Source: Eledone cirrhosa
Taxonomy: Eukaryota
DNA: 64,000 nt
NCBI GenBank assembly: GCA_964016885.1
Contig: OZ024742.1
Span: 328,042,001-328,106,000 of the forward strand
Direction: 5' to 3'
The notes under the pieces are model-generated. The model was not told where the DNA came from and did not search any database. It worked only from the letters and a program-made list of their open reading frames with translations. The position numbers were made by a program, and so were the translations under genes. Shown one piece after another: positions 1-11,121 of the stretch. Positions within the stretch are counted from its first letter, which is position 1, and every line of letters begins with the position of its first letter.

Positions 1-85
1 GATATTTATGTTACATAATACCATCCACTACGTCGAGCACAACTAACTAACTGGTAAGGTTTTCTTCGTTTTTTTATTGTTACCT

Positions 86-127
<42 letters not shown>

Positions 128-158
128 GTAGGTAACAATAAAAAAACGAAGAAAACTT

Positions 159-189
<31 letters not shown>

Positions 190-231
190 TCGCGCGCGCG
201 CGCGTGTGTGTGTGCGCGTGTATATATATAT
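86..231. repeat. Compound (CA)n/(TA)n/(TG)n/(CG)n microsatellites
   Basis: Directly visible dinucleotide runs. Confidence 0.95.
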
Positions 232-847
232 TTGGGGTGTCCCCCAAAGATGTATACATACGTCAACTGCGTTCTAATAAATATTTCCTGTGCGTAATTA
301 AGGTGTGTATACATTTTGGGGGGACACCCTATATATATATTTATATATATTATCGCACAAACAAAGATTACAACTGCTTTAAAAGTAAATTCCTTCATTT
401 GATATCAATATTCAAAGAATGGGAGATAACTATTCCCCAAGGTATTTTGTATGTTGAAAAACACATTTCTTTTGACCGGTCATCAAGTACAAGGCCTTGA
501 TCTAGTCTAGAAACAAAGAGTGTTTTCGATCACCAGACCAACATATAGTTTCAATGATAATTTAGCTCGCAATCAGTAAATGTATGTGTGTATGTTTGTA
601 TGAATGTTTTTATGTAAGTAAGAAGTATGTATGTAGTTTGTATGTATGTATGCATGTATGTATGTATGTATGTATGTATGTATGTATGTATGTATGCATG
701 TATGTATGTATGTATGCGTATACGTAGGTATGTATGTATGTTTGTTTGTGTGTATCTATTTATCTATCGATATATCTATGTGTTTATTTGCTTCGCAACC
801 GACAGACCATAATCTGGTCCGCACATCTCTGTTCGGTTAACCTCATA

Positions 848-967
<120 letters not shown>

Positions 968-1180
968 CGTTTCTGAATTTGTTTAGCAAGATTCTTTATC
1001 TGAAATCGTGTGTTGAAACCGATATTGTTATACTTTGGGAGGGTCATGTTGCCAATAAGAAACACACGCACCAGTTGCTTTCACTTCAATTTAATTTATT
1101 ATATATTTATAAATTTACAAATTTATAAATTTCTGGTTGGTTGGTTGGTTCCACAACCAGATAGTTGTTTATATATATAT

Positions 1181-1225
1181 AGTCATAGTTCTTTCGTCAC
1201 ACACTCTGTGACCTCTTCAGTGACT
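1181..1225 (-). ncRNA. Minimal type I hammerhead ribozyme in the PLE-A tail
   Basis: Minus strand reads AGUCA-CUGAAGA-G-GUCACA gagug UGUGAC-GAAA-G aa C-UA|UGACU; stems I and II pair fully. Confidence 0.8.
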
Positions 1226-1530
1226 GGGGATTTCTTTCTTCGTTTCTGTGCCTTTCCTTTCTTCTATCCTACGCCATTTTGTTTGTGTGTGGGTTGCGTG
1301 CTCAGTTTGCGCATGCGCCACATCCGGGTGTCTGTGTGTGTTTGTGTTCATTTTTCTATTTTTCTATTTATATTTTTCTATTTGTTTATTTATTTATTTA
1401 TTTATTGTTGGTTGGTTGTTTGTTCTATGTGTGTGTGTGTTTTCATTTTGTCTTGTGTGTGTTTTCATTTTGTGTGTGTTTTCAATTATAAGTTGTTTGT
1501 TCTATGTGTGTGTGTGTTTTCATTTTGTCC

Positions 1531-2020
1531 TTAATTGTAAGTTGTGATGTTGCTGTTCCACTCATATTTTCTATTTAATTTTGGTTTTAATTCTTTTATG
1601 CTTACTGCCTCTGTAATTTGCCTAAACATTGCGTCTTTCTTGTGTGTGGATTCTATTTTTATTTCTATGCTCTCTAATTTACCCCTGTGTTCTATCTTAG
1701 CATGTTGGTAGAGCACAGATGATTCTTTATTATCTTGGAGGTCTCGCCAGTGTTCATTTATTCGTTCCCCTATACTACGAGCTGTCTCACCTATGTACAC
1801 TATATTTTTGTTTCTACATTGTCCTTCAGTACATCTTATGCTATATACTACATTTCTAGTTTTACAGTTAATATGGGGGCTTATTTTACAGGTTATACAT
1901 TTCTTATCTATACATGAGGGTCTTTGGAACGGGTATGTCTTGCTAATAAGTGTTTTTACGGAGGTACCAGGTCTTTCTACTATCTTAATATTGAGATTAT
2001 GTTTCTTTAGGGCCCTTCTA
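1531..2020 (-). pseudogene. PLE Cys-linker + GIY-YIG endonuclease C-terminal fragment
   Basis: Translation contains CIDKKCITC..CKTRNVVYSIRC, VYIGETARSIGERINEH and RQITEAVSIKELKPKLN; the annotated ORF start (2130) is spurious because it reads through a TA repeat. Confidence 0.9.
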
Positions 2021-2033
2021 AATTTGTAGAGGT

Positions 2034-2067
<34 letters not shown>

Positions 2068-2071
<4 letters not shown>

Positions 2072-2215
2072 ACCTCTACAAATTTAAAGATAATGCCACC
2101 CACACCCAGCGCATCAGCAAGGAATCTCACTTTATTAACAAATACGGACCCCGTCTAAACACTATCTTAATATTGAGATTATGTTTCTTTAGGGCCCTTC
2201 TAAATTTGTAGAGGT

Positions 2216-2249
<34 letters not shown>

Positions 2250-2786
2250 ACCTCTACAAATTTAAAGATAATGCCACCCACACCCAGCGCATCAGCAAGG
2301 AATCTCACTTTATTAACAAATACGGACCCCGTCTAAACACTTCTCCCTAAGACGAACCCACAACATACACACGTCAACATACATACCTACATCAGCATAC
2401 ATCTCTATACACATATAAACACAATGACATACGTAAACACACATGTTCTATGGTGCAACACAAATATACACAAATTTGCATACCTTTTGATGTCTATAGA
2501 TATAAACGTGCCGACACACACACCTAACATATACGCACACATGCATTGCACACTGATGGGCACATACATATTTGTACACAAGTATTCCAATACGGCAAGG
2601 CCTAATGGATTCCCCTTGCAGTACGTACAATCTGGACACTCACACACACCTTGGTCTTATGCCAATACCATATATCATTTCACACCTTTTATTATTAAGG
2701 TTTTTGATGTTCTATTGAGAGAATCGTTTTTACTGAAAATATCGAATAATGTACACCATTTTTACCGGTATCACAAAAATACTGGT

Positions 2787-2825
<39 letters not shown>

Positions 2826-3537
2826 CACACACACATACATTAACATACGAAGAGACATATACACACACACACACACACACTTCTCCGTATAAGACAAGAG
2901 CTGAAAAATATCTTTTAACATGTTAAAATCCCCCCCACACACACGTACAGACACATTCATACTGACCGATCCCTCTACCACGAATTACTCTGCTACACAC
3001 ACACAGACACACACACACACACTTGTCTTAATAGGCATTTTGAACTGTTGACCTGTCAGCAGGCATCGGTTCGCACACACATCCCTGCTGACCATTATCA
3101 CAACAACGAACCTCTTTACTACTACTACACACACACACACACACACGCACACACATATTTGTCTTAAAAGACTTATTTTTCAGTGACTTCTCAATCAGCC
3201 AAGACAAACCTACATTTGGCGCAAAATCAATTATTAACATTCACATGACCTCTACCGACCAATCAAAATTGTTTTGACCACAAGAATTTTTTCATACATC
3301 TGGAGCCACTTTTTTTTACATAAAACAGGTAGAATTTCTAAAACTAATCAGATTAGAGCAAACATCACGGGCGCTCTATCTCAAAATTATTTTTGAAAAG
3401 CATTAGAAATGCGCAACCGGTAAAACTTAAAACCAAAACTGAATACTAAACAATACTGGTACTAATTTTTACTTATTCCTAATTAAACTATTTTTCACTG
3501 GGAACAATTTGTCAGCATTTTCTTTTTCTTTTACCAA
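2068..3537 (+). mobile_element. Extremely 5'-truncated PLE (PLE-B): GIY-YIG C-terminus plus putative long 3' region
   Basis: Plus frame reads INLYKFKDNATHTQRISKESHFINKYGPRLNTSP*, matching the R..E..FI...P.LN end of PLE endonucleases; bounded by (TA)n at both ends; the 3' extent is inferred. Confidence 0.6.
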
Positions 3538-3664
<127 letters not shown>

Positions 3665-4024
3665 GGTGGGGAAATGACATATTGAGGGATGTGGTTATAC
3701 ATACACTCTATCAGTAAAAGACAGGCAAATTGTTCATGCCTGGACTACTTTGTATTTCAACTGTACAACGATTTGATCTATTTTTACATAACAACAGTAT
3801 CAGCAACAACAACTACAACACCATATATCTACTGTGGTACTCATATATCTAATGCACACAAGACATTCTTCCATCTTAAGCATACAATTCCACAGTTAAT
3901 TCCTTCACTAGATTATCGAATATTTTCCAAAATATTTACAAAGAAATTGAAAAGATTTTATCTTTTAACTACTCTTTATTGTAAAATGTTACACGGTTGC
4001 TAGGATATCCATTTATGAAATAAT

Positions 4025-4108
4025 TAATTGTTTCTACTTTTGGCACAAGGCCAGCAATTACCCAGTGCATTACTGGTACTTTGTTTTATCGACCCCGTAA
4101 GGATGAAA
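4025..4108 (-). mobile_element. SINE family 1, 3' fragment
   Basis: AATTGTTTCTACTTTTGGCACAAGGCCAGCAAT...GACCCCGTAAGGATGAAA is shared with 6568, 7967 and (reverse complement) 8855-9020. Confidence 0.75.
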
Positions 4109-4223
4109 TTAATGTGTGTAAAGTTGCTCCAGCATGGCCGCATCCAAATGATTGGAACTATAGGAATAGTAAAAGCATATTTCGTTTTAAACCAATAAGG
4201 GAAAGGCGTATATTTTCTCTTCT

Positions 4224-4277
4224 AATTTGCACTGATGAATTTCGAGGAAACGAAATGTTTTGGGATATATACAAATT
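4224..4277 (+). ncRNA. Degenerate minimal hammerhead ribozyme
   Basis: AAUUUGCA-CUGAUGA-aUUUC gag GAAAc-GAAA-UGUUU ug GGAUA-UA|UACAAAUU; core intact, single mismatches in stems I and II. Confidence 0.6.
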
Positions 4278-5484
4278 GAATGATTAAGTTAAACTAATTA
4301 TGTTGTTATATTTCTACAACAGACGAAGGTAAAATAAAACAAAAACCATTGACTATAACCAAAGAAAGAATAACTAGATAAATAGATCAATAGATTCTAC
4401 ATAGTAGTAATCCTATATTTCTCTTTCTCTCCCCCGATATCTCTTCGGCGGGAATTTATTATATTTATTATTTTACTGAATCACATAGATCCACGGATCT
4501 TGTGATAACTTTTAATGTTTGTAGCGATATAGTGATAAGTGATAAAGATCTTCGGGTTTAGGAAGTTGTTTCAAACAGGGAAATTAAACTTGGCGTAGTA
4601 AATCTATGAATCCTTATTAATTTTTCATCACTGCTAATTATGACAGTGAATTAAACCATGGTGGTCTACCTACAACATTGTGGACTTGGTAATTGATTAT
4701 GGGTATTGATCCAGAATATACTGTGTGCTGGACCCCCGTCAGCTCACTGTTTATAAAAATAAAAATAACAACAACGAAAACCTAATGCTGGCGTGCATTT
4801 CTAATAGTTAATGTCAATATATAAAGTTTCATGAATTGCTTATGTATTACTTTTAGAATAAAGTTTTATTGAATAAAGCGAAATAGCAGTTCATTTTCTT
4901 AATTATTCCCATTTCTTAACAGTAAGGTAGTAAATTAGTGTATATAAGACTACAGTATCCGATGAATCCTTTTTCTGATGACAGCATGGTGAGAGTTGAG
5001 AGGGTTTTCACTTAAACCTCTAGGAGATTTTACATCGTAGCGTCTTCATCGTTGTTTCGTTTGTCTGGGTGGGAAAACAGAATGAAAGATTTTTTTTTAT
5101 ATATTACAGTGAAGATAACGAACAAGACTGAAACACGTGTCTGCGATTAAAACACTTATGGTTTATAATATTTTCATATATTTCTTCCTGGTGAACCGAT
5201 AAACTCTTTATTAATAGAAAGATAAATAAAAAAGTATTTACTTGAAACAGTGAAAAATATTCTATAAGTAAAAAAAAATCTCCCCCAAAACATACATTAA
5301 ATTCCGGTTCATATCTTTTTTTCTCCTAGGTACATGCTGTGTCTTTAAAAGGTTCAGCCTCACCGTGGCTCAGATCTTTGAGGACATGTGCTTGGATTTA
5401 GTAAAAGACGTGTAATTCATGAAAAAATACCTTCTTTTGAAAAAAATATTGGCTTGAATAATCTTGCGACTCTTCTTGACGCGT

Positions 5485-6250
5485 TTACTCAATGAATCCT
5501 CCGTAAGCATAGATGACAGCTTCAATACGAGGTCTGAAACGTTACCATCCCCAAATCAGATGACAACTATTTTAGAATTTGTGCTAGTTATGGCGGACTT
5601 CAGAGATTTAGGGTATTAATTGACTTCTCGCAAGTTTACGTCCCGTACGCAGGAGTGCTATGGATCTCCATCTGAATATCTACGAGGCCATATGTTTGGG
5701 AAGACATAGTCGGGGAGTTTGTATCTCATTCATTTCTAGGTCGTCTTGAGACAGCGCAGTCTCGTTGGTAGGTGTACAGACTTTTTCCTCACGTTCTCTA
5801 TTGAAGGCCTCACCTCCTCTCCAAAATGTCCTTGTAGCAGCATTGACCCTTAAGCCTTAACGCAAGAAGCAGGGAGGTATGACATCTTCCTCTCTTCTCA
5901 CGACTCACAGAATCATTAACGCTTCCCGAAGCTTTGTACGCTTGCCTTTTGGAACGTCTTTAGTGTCTCGGTATAACCATCTGTTATTCCATTAGTTTCA
6001 TCTTTGTGTCCGGATCAAAGAGTTTCTCATCAGAGAAAAATCAAAGCATACCAAGAGAGCCCTGCATGGATCAGACTGTTTTTTTTTTTGTTTTTTTTTT
6101 GCTGGCATGAATTGGCCTTTCTGCATCACATATGAATTATATCGAAGGTCCTCATGCACAATGAACTGCTTTTAACGTAGCCATTACAGTGTCTTTTAAT
6201 TTATTGAGTTAGCGTGATGTCTGTTATCAGTAATCTGGAAAGGAATGAAG
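5485..6250 (-). pseudogene. Decayed Tc1/mariner-superfamily transposase
   Basis: Frameshifted minus-strand translation gives VHEDLRYNSYVMQKGQFM, FFSDEKLF, NNRWL, PPCFLR*GLRVNAA, NIWP and FRPRIEAVIYAYGGFIE*, which are DDD catalytic-domain motifs; many stops. Confidence 0.8.
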
Positions 6251-6429
6251 ATCAGATAAAAGTTAGATGATATTTAGAGCTATTAAAAAACATATACTCA
6301 GTTACATATATACAGACACACACATGTGTTCTTGTGTGTAGTGTATGTGTATGTGTGAATGCATGTATGTGTACATATATGATTATCTGTGATATTTTTT
6401 GTATCTATATTTATGATTATATCCTGTAA

Positions 6430-6565
6430 CTTAGCGGTTCGACAAAAAGGCGATCGATGAAATAAGTACCACTCTTGAAACAATAACTATATTCGAGGAT
6501 GATATGATCGTGTAAAATCCCTTTAAAGCCGTGCCCCACCATGTCAGAATAAGATTAAAAGAATA
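6430..6565 (+). mobile_element. Degenerate SINE-like 3' fragment
   Basis: TTAGCGGTTCGACAAAAA...AATAAGTACC...GCCCCACCATG...AAAAGAATA; partial similarity to 4120-4175 (CTCCAGCATGGCCGCA). Confidence 0.45.
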
Positions 6566-6567
6566 AT

Positions 6568-6735
6568 ATAATTGTTTCTACTTTTGGCACAAGGCCAGCA
6601 ATTACCTCAGTGCATTACTGGTACTTTATTTTATCGACCCCGTAAGGATGAAAGGTAAAGTTAACCTCGGCGGGACGTAACTCTATGCTGGAAAGCATGG
6701 TGTCTGACCCTCTACCGATACTACCAATCCACCAT
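6568..6735 (-). mobile_element. SINE family 1 copy
   Basis: Aligns by eye with the reverse complement of 8855-9020 over nearly its whole length. Confidence 0.8.
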
Positions 6736-7159
6736 TAAAAGAATAAAATAATAAATATATGACTTTTTTCTATGACTTTTTTCCTGTGATAATATTTCCT
6801 TTCACCTCCTCGTATCGCATATTAGGTTTCTTTTATAAATACGAGACTCTTTAGAAAGTAATTACACAAATTCCTTCGCGAGGCCGTTTCGTTGTTATTC
6901 TTCGGGTGCTTTTCTTGTTTTCGTTTTGTTTCCTTTACAACGGAAGTGGCGGTGTTAGATCAAAGGCAGCGAGGGGTCAGTGAAATCTATAACAACAGTT
7001 TAATTGTATGTATTAGAAGACAACAGGCGTTTGTTCCATTTAAGTAGAACTACAGGGGTTCTTCGGGTTATGGTTATGGTTAGGATAAATATATACATAT
7101 GTGTGGAAAAATAAATAAACAATTATTACTTATATGCATGTATGTACGTATACACACGC

Positions 7160-7450
<291 letters not shown>

Positions 7451-7595
7451 CCGATATAAATTTGAACACTTGTGTTCATAGACATTTTATTCGCATATAA
7501 CATGACTTTCTATCTATCGATATATATATTCTTTCTCCTCTCTTTTTTTTTTTTTATATATCTCTATGGGACGTTATATGCATATTTTAATATAC

Positions 7596-7815
7596 TGTGT
7601 GAAGGCACATGGCTGAGTGGTAAGAGAATTGGATTCACAATTGTGAGGTTGTATGTTCGATTCCTGGACTGGGCGATGTGTTATGTCCTTGAGCAAGACG
7701 TTTTTTTCATGTTGCTTCTTCTTCCTGGATTTGCGACCGATAGAAAGTATTAGCAATTGGAAAGACCAACGGAAACATTGTTACCCCGGTCCGATTTGAC
7801 GAAAGGCGATCTTCA
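7596..7815 (+). mobile_element. tRNA-derived SINE family 2
   Basis: A-box TGGCTGAGTGG and B-box GTTCGATTCC; matches the reverse complement of 12816-13040. Confidence 0.8.
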
Positions 7816-7966
7816 AATTTAGTATACTGTGTATTTATTTTATTATTTTTATATGTGTGTATATGTGTATGCGTATGTGTATGTATATATATGTGTGTGT
7901 ATGTATAGAGAGTTATATATATATATGTTACGTGAATGCTTATGGATGTATGTATATGATTATAAT

Positions 7967-8070
7967 TGTTTCTATTTTTGGCACAAGGCCAGCAATTATC
8001 CAGTGCATTACTGGTACTTTATTTTATTGACCCCGTAAGAATGAAAGGCAAAGTTAACCTCGACGGGATT
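7967..8070 (-). mobile_element. SINE family 1 3' half, fused to a 28S rRNA fragment
   Basis: Matches 8918-9015 (reverse complement); truncated inside the B-box. Confidence 0.8.
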
Positions 8071-8229
8071 ACGAGAGGCTGCACACCTTGGAGACCTGCT
8101 GCGGATGGTGGGTACGGACCGACTCGAGAGCTGCGAATCGTTACGGACCCGGATTTTCCAGGGCCGCCGAGAGCGCACCGGACGCCGACCGAGACGCGGC
8201 GCTCTACAGTTACCATATCCGTATCTCGA
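8071..8229 (-). pseudogene. 28S rRNA internal fragment (retrocopy)
   Basis: Minus strand contains the conserved eukaryotic LSU segments GGCGTCCGGTG...GGCCCTGGAAAATCCG and CGTACCCA..ATCCGCAGCAGGTCTCCAAGGTG..CAGCCTCT; GC-rich island in AT-rich DNA. Confidence 0.9.
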
Positions 8230-8402
8230 TTATAATGTTCATATCTGTGCATGTTTAGTACAAGATACATCTTTTAATGTATGACGTTATACGTATACTT
8301 TAGTATATTGTAGTTTTTTTTATAGATGTGTATGTATGTTTGTGTATGTATATATATATATATGTGTGTGTATATATATATATATATATATGTATATATG
8401 TG

Positions 8403-8507
<105 letters not shown>

Positions 8508-8545
8508 GCGTATATGTGTATGTGTGTGTGTATATATATATATAT

Positions 8546-8719
8546 AATAAATACATTATACAATTATCAATGTTGTGTTCAAATCATTTAATAGCTGACA
8601 ATCGTTTCTTCCAAACTCTTGTTTGGAATCATCGGAGCTCAAACGAGAGTTTGGAAGAAACGATTGTCAGCTATTAAATGATTTGAACACAACTTTGATA
8701 ATTGTATAATTTATTTATT
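8546..8719. repeat. ~74-bp inverted repeat (8546-8619 / 8646-8719), probable PLE terminal remnant
   Basis: Near-perfect reverse-complement arms next to (TA)n; overlaps a hammerhead. Confidence 0.85.
8593..8639 (-). ncRNA. Minimal hammerhead ribozyme (CCGAUGA core variant)
   Basis: Minus strand reads AGCU-CCGAUGA-UUCCAAAC aaga GUUUGGAA-GAAAC gauu GUC|AGCU. Confidence 0.75.
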
Positions 8720-8854
8720 TAACTGCTCTGTAAAACAACTGATGTTCATACATTGAGCTATTTCTCTTACTGGTAATAAGGTAATTAAGAAATTACTGAC
8801 CTTCCTGTTTATAGATGTTTATACTATATATATAACTATAAATAGTATTATTAT

Positions 8855-9020
8855 TGGTAGAGGGTCGGACGCCATGCTTTGACTCATAGAGTTACGGCCC
8901 TTGCCATTCTGAGTTCAAATCCCGCCGAAGTTAACTTTGCCTTTCATTCTTACAGGGTCAATAAAATAAAGTACCAGTAATATTGCTGGCCTTGTGCCTA
9001 AGGTAGAAACAATTATTATT
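8855..9020 (+). mobile_element. SINE family 1, longest copy
   Basis: B-box GAGTTCAAATC, body shared with three other copies, ends in (ATT)n. Confidence 0.8.
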
Positions 9021-9313
9021 ATTATATATATATATACATTTATTTATTTATTTATTTACTTATTTATTTATTTATATGTGTGTATGTATACATGCATGTA
9101 GGTGTATGCATGTATGTATTTGGTTACATTGTTTATATTTGTTTATATTTGTCCTTTCATGGATGATCCTGTACGATCCATTGTGCAGTTTTATATGACT
9201 GTGTGTATATCATATTTGAGTACGGATAGATATATATATGCGTGTATGTATCTTTGTAGATGTACGAGGGCACGGAAGCAATTCTGCGCGCATTTGTTTG
9301 AATGTATATGAGC

Positions 9314-9386
<73 letters not shown>

Positions 9387-9453
9387 GTGCACCTACTGTA
9401 GGATAAGGGCTTGTTTGTTTGTGTGTATATTTATGTGTGTGTACATATACATG

Positions 9454-9497
<44 letters not shown>

Positions 9498-9732
9498 TGT
9501 GTGTGTGTGTGTTTGGGAGAGCCTCTATATACGGACACGTGTGTGTATGTGCGTGTGCGTGCCTATGTATATGTCTGTACGTGGTTGTGTATATGAGCAG
9601 ATATACGCGTACGCATGTGTGTGTCCATGTATGCGTGTGCGTGTGTGTGTGTGTGTACGCGTGTGTGTGCGTGTGAGAGCTGATGTACGCGAGCATGTAG
9701 GCAGGCGTCTGTGGACGCGTATGTTGTTAGTT

Positions 9733-10139
9733 ACATCACAACTTACAATTAAGGACAAAATGAAAACACACACGCACATAGAACAAACAACCAACCTGTA
9801 ACATGTAAATAAACAAATAAATAAACGAATATAAACACACACAGACACTCGGATGTGGGGCATGCGCAGATTGAGCACACAACACACACACAGAAACAAA
9901 ATGGCGTAGGACAGAAAGGAGAGGCACAAAAACAAAGAAAAGAATCCCCAGTCACTGAAGAGGTCACAGAATGTGTGGCGAAAGAACTTTGACAATATAT
10001 AAACAACCATCTGGTTGTGGAACCAACCAACCAACTGGAAATTTATAAATTCCTAAATTTATAAATTTATTATAATAAATTGAAGTGAAAGCAACTGGTG
10101 CGCGTGTTTCTTATTGGCAACATGACCCTCCCAAAGTAT

Positions 10140-10146
<7 letters not shown>
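9733..10146 (+). mobile_element. PLE-A family 3' end/pLTR copy
   Basis: Reverse complement of ~1023-1550, including the last codons and stop; ends in (TA)n. Confidence 0.85.
9950..9993 (+). ncRNA. Minimal hammerhead ribozyme (PLE-A family)
   Basis: GUCA-CUGAAGA-G-GUCACA gaaug UGUGGC-GAAAG aa CUU|UGAC; one stem II change gives a U-G wobble. Confidence 0.7.
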
Positions 10147-10233
<87 letters not shown>

Positions 10234-10236
10234 TTG

Positions 10237-10270
<34 letters not shown>

Positions 10271-10383
10271 TGGTGAGTACTATTGTAGAACAATAAAACT
10301 ATGCATATATCAGATAAGTACCACTCAACAGTTGGTAGAACTGGAGTATATATAATAAAGAAGAAATTAAAAGATGGTCAAAA

Positions 10384-10649
10384 GAGTTCCATATATTTTA
10401 TTATGCGCATTTAGAATACAAAATCATCCTGGAACAAAAATTGTGTTCTCATCAGATAAAATAAGGTAACATGATATGAGGCATAATAGCACTTGTTTAC
10501 AGGAAAGTGGTAAGTCTACATAGCACTTTCCTGTAAACAAGTGCTATTATGCCTCATATCATGTTACCTCATTTTATCTAATGTGAACTCACTTTTTGTC
10601 CCAGGATGACTTTGTATTCGAAGTGCGTATAATAAAATATATGGAACTC
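10384..10649. repeat. 126-bp-arm inverted repeat (10384-10509 / 10524-10649) carrying decayed hammerheads
   Basis: Arms are reverse complements; a homologous single copy lies at ~22590-22730. Confidence 0.85.
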
Positions 10650-10676
10650 ATTATTATATATATATATATATATATA

Positions 10677-11121
10677 TTAGAACTGGTGCTCTGAAATAGC
10701 GATATATATATGAATGTATATATAGTGTATTTTGCAATACACTGTATGCTTAATTAAAAGCATTTCGAAGACCTTACGCTATTGTTTTAGAGTAGTGACA
10801 GTCTCACTTACTTTAAATTTTCAGCAAACAGGGGGAGATAAAGCTGACAGAGCTCTGTTTCGTACTATTTGGTACTTATCAAAGCTAAGTACTCCACCTG
10901 TTTGCTGAAAATCACGAATGTTTGATTCTTATAGAATTCTAGTAATAATCAGGAACTCATTATACAGAGCGGTTACCGGTCAAGCAGAAATTGAAAATTA
11001 GAATTGGTGCCCTGAAATAGCGATATATATATGAATGTATATATAGTGTATTTTGTATGTTTAATTAAAAGCATTTTGAAGACCTTACGCTATTGTTTTA
11101 GAGTAATGACAGCCTCTCTTA
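10677..11121. repeat. ~130-bp diverged direct repeat (10677-10811 and 10998-11121)
   Basis: TTAGAA.TGGTGC.CTGAAATAGCG...CTTAC occurs twice, immediately upstream of PLE-C. Confidence 0.8.
10842..10886 (-). ncRNA. Decayed minimal hammerhead with palindromic stem III
   Basis: AGCU-uUGAUaA-GUAC caaaua GUAC-GAAAC AGAGCUCU GUC|AGCU; two core substitutions. Confidence 0.6.

Noticed and set aside
6020-6035. CTGATGAGAAAC on the minus strand as a hammerhead core
   Set aside because: It is the SDEK coding motif of the mariner transposase and has no supporting stems
7596-7670. tRNA gene
   Set aside because: A and B boxes are present but there is no cloverleaf; it continues into a repeated SINE body
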